The position numbers and the translations under genes are program-made. DNA of 51,081 bases, from NCBI GenBank assembly GCA_016212935.1, contig JACRDE010000622.1, forward strand, positions 1 through 51,081. The letters are read 5' to 3'. The first letter of the stretch is position 1; each line of letters opens with the position of its first letter. The stretch is from Desulfomonile tiedjei. Lineage in GTDB: Bacteria; Desulfobacterota; Desulfomonilia; Desulfomonilales; Desulfomonilaceae. Shown here piece by piece: positions 1 through 9,600 of the stretch. The notes beneath the pieces were generated by a model. The model did not search any database. It was not told the DNA's origin and saw only the letters and a list, made by a program, of their open reading frames with translations.

Positions 1-1
1 G

Positions 2-769
2 TTCACTGTAAACAAAATGAACTGCCCCGCATGCGTGATTACAGTCAAGGAAGTAACCGGAAAGCTTCCCGGAGTAGTCGAGTCCGATGTGAGCCTCGCG
101 GCCCAGGACGTAATAGTCAAGTTCAGGGAGAAACAGACCAATCCCGACCAAATAAAAGACGCGATAGCCAAAGCGGGCTATCCGGTAAAGTTGGACGGCC
201 TGTTCAAGCCCGATGGTGCTGGCATCAACGAACAGGTAATCGCTGGCGTCAACGGCAAACCCGTATTCGAAAAAGACCTCAAGGTGCCGCTGCTCGTTGA
301 CAAGACCGGTACCCCGACCAAGGACGCAGCTTCCTCGTTTTTCAATACCATCGGTAAGGAGATTCTCCTCCAGGCCGCTGACTCCAAGACCATAGTGGTG
401 CAGCCCTACGAAGTCGAAGCTGAGATCCAAGCAATCATGGCCTCCAAAGGAATTGCCTCCGAGCAGTTCGTGAATCAGGTCGTGGAGCAATTCGGATCAA
501 AGGAGAAGTATTTCCAAGTGGTGGGCCAGCGCCTCGGAATCCGCAAGCTTATTGACGAGCACGTGGTTGCCGGAATTCAGGATCCCCAGGAAAAAGCACG
601 CAAAACCATGGATTGGTTGGGAACGGTTTTCAAGGATTCCGATGTGAAAAGTCTCGACCCGAAATTCAAGGAAAAGATCCATGCCTCTTCCGGTCAGGAC
701 GATTGGAAAACCTTCTGGCCACGCATGATTTCTTCCTCAACTGAGTTGAAGAGTCTGTTGGTTCAGTAA
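2..769 (+). CDS. Heavy-metal-associated (HMA) domain protein fused to a SurA N-terminal-like helical domain; 5' end lies upstream of the window
   Basis: Frame is open from base 2 (FTVNKMNCPAC = HMA xMxCxxC motif); HMA fold pattern through 'IKDAIAKAGY'; then 'IAGVNGKPV...LLQAADSKTIVVQPYEVEAEI' resembling SurA/PrsA N-domains. Confidence 0.7.
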   Translation, partial: FTVNKMNCPACVITVKEVTGKLPGVVESDVSLAAQDVIVKFREKQTNPDQIKDAIAKAGYPVKLDGLFKPDGAGINEQVIAGVNGKPVFEKDLKVPLLVDKTGTPTKDAASSFFNTIGKEILLQAADSKTIVVQPYEVEAEIQAIMASKGIASEQFVNQVVEQFGSKEKYFQVVGQRLGIRKLIDEHVVAGIQDPQEKARKTMDWLGTVFKDSDVKSLDPKFKEKIHASSGQDDWKTFWPRMISSSTELKSLLVQ

Positions 770-805
770 TTCGAACGAAATACAGAATTTCAAAATAAAG
801 GAAAA

Positions 806-1282
806 ATGAAAATGAAGATACACAAGCATTATCGCTTGATCGTCGGAGCAATAACCGTTGCAGCAATCGTCTCCACCTTTTCTATTGCATTTGCATGGAA
901 TTTCACCGTTCCCGCGCAGGAAGTCAAGCCTGTAAACGGGGCTTTCGTGTTCCCTGTGTCTGCTTTTGCGGACGGCAAGGCCAGACATTTCGAGTACAAA
1001 ATCTCCCCCAACGAACGCGTACGTTTCTTTGTGGTCAAAAGCACGGACGGAATCATTCGCGCGGCTCTGGATGCGTGTGAAGTCTGCCATCGCGCCAAGA
1101 AAGGCTACGTGCAGCAGGGAAACGACATGATCTGCATCAACTGCGGGCTCAAATTCCGAACCGACAAGGTGAATGAGGTTAAGGGCGGCTGCAATCCTCA
1201 TCCTGTGAACAGAACCATCCAGGGCGAGAATCTTGTCATCAGCCAGCAGGAAGTTGCTTCCGGGCTGCGTTATTTCCAGTAG
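806..1282 (+). CDS. DUF2318 (predicted Fe-S/metal-binding membrane-anchored) protein
   Basis: N-terminal hydrophobic helix; motifs 'RFFVVK', 'ALDACEVC', 'CINCG', 'GGCNPHP' typical of DUF2318. Confidence 0.85.
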   Translation: MKMKIHKHYRLIVGAITVAAIVSTFSIAFAWNFTVPAQEVKPVNGAFVFPVSAFADGKARHFEYKISPNERVRFFVVKSTDGIIRAALDACEVCHRAKKGYVQQGNDMICINCGLKFRTDKVNEVKGGCNPHPVNRTIQGENLVISQQEVASGLRYFQ

Positions 1283-1292
1283 GAGTCGTTAA

Positions 1293-2450
1293 ATGAAACT
1301 TCACGATATAGCTGTAAACAATTTGAGGCGCAGGAAGGGTAAGGTCTTTTTCCTGGTGATGGGGCTGCTGGTGGGAGTGGCTGCGGTAGTTGCTCTGCAC
1401 ACCACCACCACGATTCTGGAGGAAGACATCGCCCACAAAATGGACGAGTTCGGTGCAAACATCATCGTAACACCTAAATCGGAAGGCCTTTCCTTGACTT
1501 ACGGCGGTTTGAGTCTGGGCGGCCTTTCATTCGACATGAAGGAGATTTCCGAGGCTGATCTGGAGAAAATCAGGACCATCGAAAACGCTGCCAACATAAG
1601 AATAGTCAGCCCAAAAGTATTCGGAGTTTTTGAAAAAGAAGGACACAAAGCCCTGGTTGTCGGTGTGGATTTCAATGAGGAATTGTCCCTGAAAAAATGG
1701 TGGAAAATCACCGGCGATGCCCCGGAAAAGCCGAATCAGATTCTTCTGGGCAAAGAAGCCGCGGAATGGTTCCAGGCAAGCCCCGTTCCATTGCTGGAAA
1801 TCAAGGGCGAGCCTTTCAAGGTGGCCGGTGTGCTGGAATCCACAGGTTCTCAGGATGACGGGCTCGTTTTTATGAATCTCCCCACTTCTCAGAAGCTCTT
1901 CGGAAAACAAGGCACAATTGGAATGATTGAAATTGCGGCTCTCTGCAAAAACTGCCCGATTTCCGAGATTGTGAGCCAGCTTTCCGATAAGCTGCCCTCG
2001 GCGAAAGTAACTGCAGTTCAGCAGGTCGTTGAAGGACGAATGGACACACTTCACAGTTTCCGAAAGTTTTCATTGGGCATCTCCGCATTGGTGCTGCTGG
2101 TGGGGTCAATGGTGGTTTTTGTGACCATGATGGCGAGTGTAAACGAGCGCACGCGAGAGATAGGAATATTCAGCGCTATCGGCTTTAGACGCTCACACAT
2201 AATGAAGATCATACTCCTGGAAGCTGCCGCGGTTTCCCTCATGGCCGGATTGACGGGATATCTTATGGGCATCGGTGTGACGAGGCTTCTGCTTACTTTC
2301 CTGACCGATCATATGCCGAAATTCAATCTTGATCCGTTAGTAGCTTTGGGAGCCGTGTTCCTGGCAGTCCTGGTGGGCTTGCTGGCCTCTCTGTATCCGG
2401 CTCTGACCGCATCCAGAATGGACCCCAGCGAAGCGCTTCGGACTCTTTAA
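1293..2450 (+). CDS. ABC transporter permease, MacB/FtsX type
   Basis: 'NNLRRRK' start, TM + large periplasmic domain + 3 C-terminal TMs, 'SVNERTREIGIFSAIG', ends 'MDPSEALR'; AGGAG RBS. Confidence 0.9.
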   Translation: MKLHDIAVNNLRRRKGKVFFLVMGLLVGVAAVVALHTTTTILEEDIAHKMDEFGANIIVTPKSEGLSLTYGGLSLGGLSFDMKEISEADLEKIRTIENAANIRIVSPKVFGVFEKEGHKALVVGVDFNEELSLKKWWKITGDAPEKPNQILLGKEAAEWFQASPVPLLEIKGEPFKVAGVLESTGSQDDGLVFMNLPTSQKLFGKQGTIGMIEIAALCKNCPISEIVSQLSDKLPSAKVTAVQQVVEGRMDTLHSFRKFSLGISALVLLVGSMVVFVTMMASVNERTREIGIFSAIGFRRSHIMKIILLEAAAVSLMAGLTGYLMGIGVTRLLLTFLTDHMPKFNLDPLVALGAVFLAVLVGLLASLYPALTASRMDPSEALRTL

Positions 2451-2461
2451 GGAGGTACAAA

Positions 2462-3157
2462 ATGAGTTACATAGTAGCAAATCAAGTGGCCAAGGAATTC
2501 GGCGACAAAGAAAACAAAGTCAGTGCGGTTCGCAGAATCGATCTTTCCATAGCTCAGTCCGAGTTCATTTCCATCATGGGAGAATCAGGGGCAGGTAAAA
2601 GCACTCTTCTTTCCATGCTCGGAGGACTGCTGAGCCCGTCAAAAGGAGAAATCCTCATCGGAGGAATCAATATTTACGGCCTGAAAAGGGACAAGCTCGC
2701 TGACTTCCGTAGAGAGTTCATGGGCTTTATTTTTCAGTCTTTCCAATTGGTGCCTTATCTCAACGTTATAGAAAACGTCCAGTTGCCGCTGGCGGTGACT
2801 CACTATTCCGAAGCTGAAAAGAAGAACCTCGCGACGTCTGCTCTGGAGAGGGTAGGGCTCAAGGACAAGGCTTTCAGACTGCCCAATCAGATTTCAGGCG
2901 GTGAGCAGGAAAGGGTGGCAATAGCCCGGGCAGTGGTCAACGAACCTCCCATACTCTTCGCGGACGAGCCTACCGGAAATTTGGACTCCAGAAACTCCGA
3001 GGAAGTCATGAAGCTCCTAAAGAGACTGAATTCAGAGGGGCAGACTATAGTCATGGTCACCCACAGCAGGCGAAACGCGGAGCACGCTGACAGAATCATT
3101 GAAGTGGCGGATGGCTGCCTCAGGGAGACCACTCCGGTCAGGGCCGCTGCCTGTTAG
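2462..3157 (+). CDS. ABC transporter ATP-binding protein (LolD/MacB family)
   Basis: Walker A GESGAGKS, signature ISGGEQERV, Walker B 'LFADEPTGNLD', H-loop VTH; GGAGG RBS. Confidence 0.95.
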   Translation: MSYIVANQVAKEFGDKENKVSAVRRIDLSIAQSEFISIMGESGAGKSTLLSMLGGLLSPSKGEILIGGINIYGLKRDKLADFRREFMGFIFQSFQLVPYLNVIENVQLPLAVTHYSEAEKKNLATSALERVGLKDKAFRLPNQISGGEQERVAIARAVVNEPPILFADEPTGNLDSRNSEEVMKLLKRLNSEGQTIVMVTHSRRNAEHADRIIEVADGCLRETTPVRAAAC

Positions 3158-3192
3158 AGCAACGGATAACACTAGAAAAGGAGGAAAATACA

Positions 3193-3726
3193 ATGAAAAG
3201 GGTCAAATTCACGGTTTTGTGTACCGCATTCATGATGGCGGTAGCGGCTTCTTCTATATACGCGGGAGCAAGCTGCTGCGACCCCGCGAACAATAGCGGT
3301 CAGAGTTTCCTTTCAGTGCCTTCACAGCAGACCGCCAAGCCGATGGGCTCCCAGGTTCAGGTGCAGAGCAATGCTGCGAGGCCTCAGCCGGCAGTGGTCA
3401 CTTCCATGGGTAGCGGCTGGAACGTCCCCCAAAATAAGGGATATGCCGCGCCTTCTCGATCGGTAAATGCTCCGCAAGCGCCCAGCTGTTGTTCCGGGCC
3501 GAACAATCAGGCATCCCAGCAAATTCAACCGCCGCCTGCGGCCGGATGCGGTTGCTGCGGAGGAGGGGCCGGTTATCGAGGAAATCAACCCGGTCTCACC
3601 CAGGGTCCGGCAAGACAGGCGGCCGGCCCGTATGCTCAGCCCGCGGCGAATGGATACGGAAACCAACAGTTTCCTGTGGCCGTTGGGCCAGCGGCACGTC
3701 CGGCAAACTCGGGCCCTTTGTGGTAG
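3193..3726 (+). CDS. Secreted low-complexity (P/Q/A/G-rich) protein with Cys clusters
   Basis: AGGAGG RBS; signal peptide ending 'IYA'; SCC, SCC and CGCC clusters in an otherwise disordered sequence. Confidence 0.7.
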   Translation: MKRVKFTVLCTAFMMAVAASSIYAGASCCDPANNSGQSFLSVPSQQTAKPMGSQVQVQSNAARPQPAVVTSMGSGWNVPQNKGYAAPSRSVNAPQAPSCCSGPNNQASQQIQPPPAAGCGCCGGGAGYRGNQPGLTQGPARQAAGPYAQPAANGYGNQQFPVAVGPAARPANSGPLW

Positions 3727-3834
3727 GCACTAGGAAATTGGCTCCTCATGGAATCGCCACAGGCGTCAAATCCGCGCTCAATTCTCTGGGTCCGATGCAG
3801 AGAATCATAGGCGCTAACAGATCGACCTAGCACG

Positions 3835-3917
3835 CCCCGTATCAAAGGAGACAGGGGGATTTTGATCCAACACATCTAAAATCTCCCAGAATCCCTCTCT
3901 AGAAAAGAGGGAATTTA
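3835..3917. repeat. Degenerate REP-like short palindromic repeat remnant
   Basis: 'ccccgtatcaaaggagacagggggattt...aaatctccc...tccctct ctagaaa agaggga': adjacent imperfect hairpins in intergenic DNA. Confidence 0.35.
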
Positions 3918-4015
3918 GCGACCAGCTTGGCGATCGGGGTGCTTACATCCAACAACTTACGCCAACCTGCCGCTCATGAGGCAGAGGCTGTGAACTGGCC
4001 TCAAAGTCGTTAAAC

Positions 4016-4043
4016 TTGACTTTGGAACTCAAGTTCATAGATT
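4016..4043 (+). promoter_or_regulatory. Putative sigma70 promoter with internal dyad (possible metal-regulator operator)
   Basis: TTGACT (4016-4021), 16 nt, TAGATT (4038-4043); spacer contains GAACT-CA-AGTTC. Confidence 0.35.
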
Positions 4044-4072
4044 TAGAAAAACGTAACGATTCTGGAACAACC

Positions 4073-4450
4073 ATGAAGGCTAGAATCTGGATTCTGATCA
4101 TCTGCACGGTGATTGCTTTTGGTCCTGGCGTTTACGGCACGAGTCTCTCGTGTCCTAACGGAGCCGAGGATTCAGGGCAAGCGCACGGGAAATGTCATTG
4201 CCCGGAAGGGCCCCCCTGCAAATGTCAGAAGGTTCCTGCGAGCTTCTACTGTTGCACACATTCCGGTGCCCGCGGAAGTGTAGTAACGGAGCATCAGGCA
4301 TGGAAGTTCCAGCCCCACAACGATGCGGCAACCACACTCTATTCGGCCCGTGTTCCAGTGGAATTAGTGGTCGACATCCTGGCGGTCGCCTACCCGGAAC
4401 ACTACGGCGGAAACCGTATATTTCTCCAGAACAGTTCCTTTCGTTCTTGA
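4073..4450 (+). CDS. Small exported Cys/His-rich protein preceding cusBA
   Basis: ATG at 4073 gives a signal/TM segment; 'HGKCHCPEGPPCKC', 'YCCTH'; C-terminus 'RIFLQNSSFRS'. Confidence 0.6.
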   Translation: MKARIWILIICTVIAFGPGVYGTSLSCPNGAEDSGQAHGKCHCPEGPPCKCQKVPASFYCCTHSGARGSVVTEHQAWKFQPHNDAATTLYSARVPVELVVDILAVAYPEHYGGNRIFLQNSSFRS

Positions 4451-4582
4451 TACTTAAGTGCCACCAAGTGATACACTCATCAGGGGAGTGTCAATCTGCA
4501 GACGCCATGATTCCCCACTAAATGACTAGGGAAGGTGGCGCTTAAAGTTAGTCGAGCCGTTCCACCCCTCGAGAGGCCCTAT

Positions 4583-6673
4583 ATGAATAAAATCGATGCG
4601 GAAAAAGTGACTGTAAGAAGCGGTTCCAAAAGAATCCTGGGAGTGCTGGCAGTAGTCGTGGTCGCGTTTGTTCTGGGCTACTATCTGGCCCGCGAAGGAG
4701 CAGATCACCCCAAAATTCAGCCAGTCCAGGACTCGGCCAAACCTCAAGTTGAGGCCAAGAAGGCCGAAGTCTGGACCTGTTCCATGCATCCTCAGATAAG
4801 GCTGCCCAATTCGGGCAAATGCCCGATCTGTTACATGGACCTTATTCCTCTGGAATCCGACGAGCATATTCACGACAATGCCGCAGTTCCACGGTATTCC
4901 ATGTCCGAAGCGGCAAAGAAGCTCTCGGAAGTGCAAACCACTGAGGTCAAACGGGAGAGAGCTACTGTCACAGTGCGCATGGTGGGGCTTGTTTACGAAG
5001 ATGAAACCAGGGTTGCAGCCCTCACTTCCCGTGTGGATGGCCGTCTCGACGAGATTTACATCAATTTCACAGGGGTCCGCGTAGACAAAGGTGACCCTAT
5101 GGTCACTATCTGGAGCCCCACGCTCATAAAATCTCAGGTTGAGCTGTTCGAGACCATACGGAGCGAGGGTTCGGAAGAGGACGGCGTGATCAAGGGAGCC
5201 GAGGAAAAACTTATTCAATACGGTCTTACAAAAGAGCAAGTAAGAGAAATAAGGGAGAAAAAGAAACCGATACTCAACGTAACGCTGCGCGCGCCCATAA
5301 GCGGAATAGTAACCAAAAAAATGGCGCTACTGGGACAATTCGTCAAAGAAGGTAGTGAAATGTACTTCATAAACGATCTGTCCCACGTGTGGATCAAGAT
5401 GGATGCATACGAGACTGATCTGCCATGGATAAGGTACGGCCAGGAAGTGACTTTTACTACTCCTGCGGTGCCGGGACGCACATTCAAGGGCAAAGTGTTG
5501 TTCATAGATCCTATGCTGGATACGAAAACCCGATCGGTGAAAGTAAGGGTTGAGGCCGAGAACCCCGGTTATGCCCTCAAACCTGGAATGTTCGTAACAG
5601 CTGAGGTAAAGGCTGAAGTCGATTCAAAGGGCAGGGTGATCAAGCAGGAATGGGCCGGAAAATACGTTTGCCCGGTACATCCGAGCGATGAGGCCAGCCC
5701 CGAGCCTGGAACATGTCCTATAAGCAAGATGCCTCTGCAAGCGGCATCCTCGTTCGGTTACGCTGATGACCCGGATTCTGAACCGCCTCTCGTAATCCCC
5801 GCATCGGCTGCCCTTGTAACAGGAAAAAGAGCTGTTGTTTACGTGGAGGTCCAGGCGGACCGACCTACGTACGAAGGCCGTGAGGTGGTTCTTGGTCCAA
5901 AAGCCGGAGACAAGTACGTGGTTTTCGAGGGATTGAAGGAAGGCGAGCGCGTTGTATCCAAAGGAAACTTCAAGATCGACAGCGCAATGCAGATTCTGGC
6001 CAAGCCCAGCATGATGAGCCCCTCGCAATTGAAGCAACAGCCGGCCGCAGAGTCTTCAAGCGATGAAGAAGTAGTGGCCAAGCTCAACGCGCCGGAAAGC
6101 TTTCTGAGACAACTGACCCCAGTGTTTGAGCATTACTTCATTCTCAAGGAAGCCCTGGTCTCGGGAAAATCGGAAGATGCTGCAAAAGCCGCGGAAAAGC
6201 TCGCTGATGCGGTAAAGGGCGTAAAGAAGGTTAATCTTGACAAAAAAGCTCAGGATACGTGGGGCAAGCAGTCCAGGATGGTTCTTGCCCAGACGAAAAT
6301 CCTCGCGGCTACGAAGGAAATAGAAAAACAGCGCAAAGCATTTGATCCCCTGTCCGAAGCGCTGGTCAAAACGGTTATGGGATTTCGACACGTGATGAAG
6401 GAGCCGCTTTACATATATTTCTGCTCTGACGCGTTGGACAGACAAGGCGCTTACTGGATCGAAGCAAAACAGGAACCCACGAACCCTTACTTCGGCGATG
6501 CCAGGCTCAAGGACAAGGATATGCTCAAATGCGCCGAATTATCTGAGTCCATCCCGCCCGAGACATTTGGTGCAGCAGTTACATCTGTCGATGCAAAGTC
6601 TCAAAAATCAGAGACAGGCACCCGTAAGGAAAACGTCAGCCAGCCCCACTCAGGGCATGGAGGCGAAAAATGA
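4583..6673 (+). CDS. cusB: CusB-type RND periplasmic adaptor with heavy-metal-binding domains and a C-terminal DUF3347-like domain
   Basis: 'WTCSMHPQI...CPICYMDL' metal-binding domain, MFP core 'LRAPISG', 'LKPGMF', second 'YVCPVHP...TCPISKMPL', C-terminal 'GAYW...NPYFG...MLKC'; GAGAGG before ATG 4583. Confidence 0.85.
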   Translation: MNKIDAEKVTVRSGSKRILGVLAVVVVAFVLGYYLAREGADHPKIQPVQDSAKPQVEAKKAEVWTCSMHPQIRLPNSGKCPICYMDLIPLESDEHIHDNAAVPRYSMSEAAKKLSEVQTTEVKRERATVTVRMVGLVYEDETRVAALTSRVDGRLDEIYINFTGVRVDKGDPMVTIWSPTLIKSQVELFETIRSEGSEEDGVIKGAEEKLIQYGLTKEQVREIREKKKPILNVTLRAPISGIVTKKMALLGQFVKEGSEMYFINDLSHVWIKMDAYETDLPWIRYGQEVTFTTPAVPGRTFKGKVLFIDPMLDTKTRSVKVRVEAENPGYALKPGMFVTAEVKAEVDSKGRVIKQEWAGKYVCPVHPSDEASPEPGTCPISKMPLQAASSFGYADDPDSEPPLVIPASAALVTGKRAVVYVEVQADRPTYEGREVVLGPKAGDKYVVFEGLKEGERVVSKGNFKIDSAMQILAKPSMMSPSQLKQQPAAESSSDEEVVAKLNAPESFLRQLTPVFEHYFILKEALVSGKSEDAAKAAEKLADAVKGVKKVNLDKKAQDTWGKQSRMVLAQTKILAATKEIEKQRKAFDPLSEALVKTVMGFRHVMKEPLYIYFCSDALDRQGAYWIEAKQEPTNPYFGDARLKDKDMLKCAELSESIPPETFGAAVTSVDAKSQKSETGTRKENVSQPHSGHGGEK

Positions 6674-9600
6674 TGCCAAACCACCGAAGTAACGGAGTCC
6701 GGGATCTGCACGCATCGTTTTTCTACAAACTGATGGGGTTCTGGGCAGAGCAGAAGCTTTTGATGGTGATGGTCCTGTTGGTGACTATTGTTTATGGATT
6801 GATGGTAGCGCCTTTTGACTGGGAAATTTCTTGGCTGCCGAGAAATCCTGTCCCTGTTGACGCAATCCCCGACATAGGCGAAAACCAGCAGATCGTTTTC
6901 ACCACATGGGAAGGGAGATCCCCCAAGGACATTGAAGATCAGATCACGTATCCACTGACCGTATCGCTTCTGGGAATCCCGGGGGTGAAAGCCATAAGGA
7001 GCAACTCTTTTTTCGGGTTTTCCACGATTTACATAATCTTCAAGGAAGACGTGGAGTTCTACTGGTCCAGGTCAAGGATCCTCGAGAAGTTGAACTCACT
7101 GCCGTCAGGTACTTTACCGCCTGGGGTTCAGCCTTCACTCGGCCCTGACGCAACTGCCCTCGGCCAGGTTTTCTGGTACACGCTCGAGGGAGAAGGCTTC
7201 GGAATGGATGAACTTAGGACCATGCAGGACTACTACGTCCGGTATGCGCTCCAAGCGTCGGGCGGTGTCAGCGAAGTCGCGAGCGTCGGCGGTTACGTCA
7301 AGGAATACCAGATAGACATAAACCCGGATGCCATGAGGGCCCACAATATAACGCTGCCCGAAGTCTTCGCAGCGGTTCGCAGTTCCAACCTGGATGTCGG
7401 CGCTGGCACAATTGAAGTGAACCGCACGGAGTACACCATTCGGGGGCTCGGTTTTGTCCGGTCTGTTCAGGATGTGCAGGACAGCGTCATAAAAGTGAAC
7501 GAGAGCGTACCGCTTTCCATCAAAGATGAGGCCGTAGTTTCCTTGGGACCTGAAATGCGTAGGGGAGCTCTCGACAAGGAAGGCGCAGAGGCAGTGGGCG
7601 GAGTGGTCGTGGTAAGGTTCGGTGAGAACCCGCTCCAGGTGATCAAGAATGTTCGGGAGAAAATCAAAGAGATCTCGCCTGGTCTCCCTAGCAAAACACT
7701 GCCCGATGGGAGAGTCTCTCAGGTCAAGATTGTGCCGTTCTACGACCGTACGACACTTATTCACGAAACCCTGGATACTCTGAAGAAGGCCCTATGGGAA
7801 GAAATGCTAGTAACAGCGATTGTGGTCATCGTCATGGTGAACCATCTTCTGAGCTCGGTTTTGATTTCCGCAGTGCTTCCGTTGGCCGTTCTTCTTACGT
7901 TCATCGTAATGAAGTTGGTGGGCATCGACGCGAACATAATGGCTCTCTCCGGAATAGCGATTGCCATCGGCGTCATGGTGGATATGGGTATCATCCTATG
8001 TGAAAACATACTCAGGCACATGGAGGAAAACCCATCCAGGGGCATAACTCTGCAAATGATCCGCGAGTCAGCCGGAGAAGTCGGAGGTGCTGTTGTGACT
8101 TCTTCGCTCACCACGATTATTTCTTTTCTCCCCGTCTTTAGCCTGACTGGACCTGAGGGAAAACTGTTCAAGCCTGTGGCGTACACTAAGACATTTGCAG
8201 TGGGGTCTTCACTCGTGCTAGCTCTGGCGCTTATTCCGCCGCTAGCTCATCTGTTTTTCCAGAAGCGCAATCTCAGGAAAAAAACGCTCTTGCTGGTAAA
8301 CGCAGCGATCGCTTTCGTGGGGCTGTGGGCAGCGTTTTCAATTTCATGGTGGATCGGGGGAGCTGCGATCCTTGTGGCAGTGGTAAAGTCAGTTTCGCTC
8401 TTCCTACCCGAAAGCTGGAAGGCAAAAGTCCCTGTTATTCTGAACCTGATTGCTCTGGGCTTTGTGATAGTGCTCTTGACGGAACACTGGTTGCCTCTCG
8501 GCCCTGACAAAGGTTTCGTGCGCAACGTCATTTTCGCTTCGTCTATAATCTTTGGGCTTCTCGGAGTGCGGAAGATTTTCACCGCATATTACGGACCGTT
8601 TCTCCATTGGGCGCTGGATCACAAGGCCCAGTTCTTGGTAATCCCCATCAGCATTATATTGCTGGGAGCAGTTATATGGCTGGGATTTGCCAGGGTTTTC
8701 TTTTTTGTGCCCTGGACCGTTGAAAAATTCATGCCCAGGCAGCCGGTGGTTACCGCGCAACACATACACGGACCAGACGTAAAAGGTGATGCGGCCCCTC
8801 CATCGATGGTTCAGGCGGACAATCCTGTCAGGAAGACCTGGCTCTGGTCCAAGCTTTCACATACTTTTCCAGGACTGGGAAAAGAGTTTATGCCCGATCT
8901 GGATGAAGGCTCGTTTCTTTTCATGCCCACCACCATGCCACATGCTTCTATAGGCGAAGCCCTGGACGTCATTCACAAACAGGACATAGGCATCAGAACG
9001 ATTCCGGAAGTCGAATCCGTTGTGGGCAAGATTGGGAGGGTGGAAAGCGCACTTGACCCTGCTCCCATTTCCATGGTGGAAACCGTGATCAACTACCACC
9101 CGGAATACAAAACAGATCCTGTCACCGGCAATCGAATTCTTGATGGTGACGGCAAACCCATCCGGAACTGGAGACCGGAAATCAGGAATCCGGGCGACAT
9201 CTGGAAAGAGATCATCAAAGCCGCCGCTCTTCCTGGGACGACATCAGCGCCGAAACTTCAACCCATCTCAGCGAGGATAGTCATGCTCCAGAGTGGCATG
9301 AGGGCCGCGATGGGAGTGAAGATCAGAGGAAAGAGCCTCGAAGAGGTTGAAAAAGTCGGCCTTGAAGTGGAACGTTACCTGAAAGAAATGCCTTCCGTGG
9401 AACCTGCTTCTGTTGTGGCCGACAGGGTCGTGGGAAATCCCTATCTGGAGATTGATATCGACAGGAAAGCCATCGCGAGGTACGGCATAAAAATTCAGGA
9501 CGTTCAGGATGTGGTCGAAATAGCTATCGGTGGAAAACGGTTGACCACAACCGTGGAAGGTCGAGAACGTTACCCGGTACGCGTTCGTTATCAACGAGAG

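Noticed and set aside
4016-4049. MerR/CueR-type promoter
   Set aside because: No credible -10 at 19-20 bp spacing; only a short dyad, so kept as a generic low-confidence promoter
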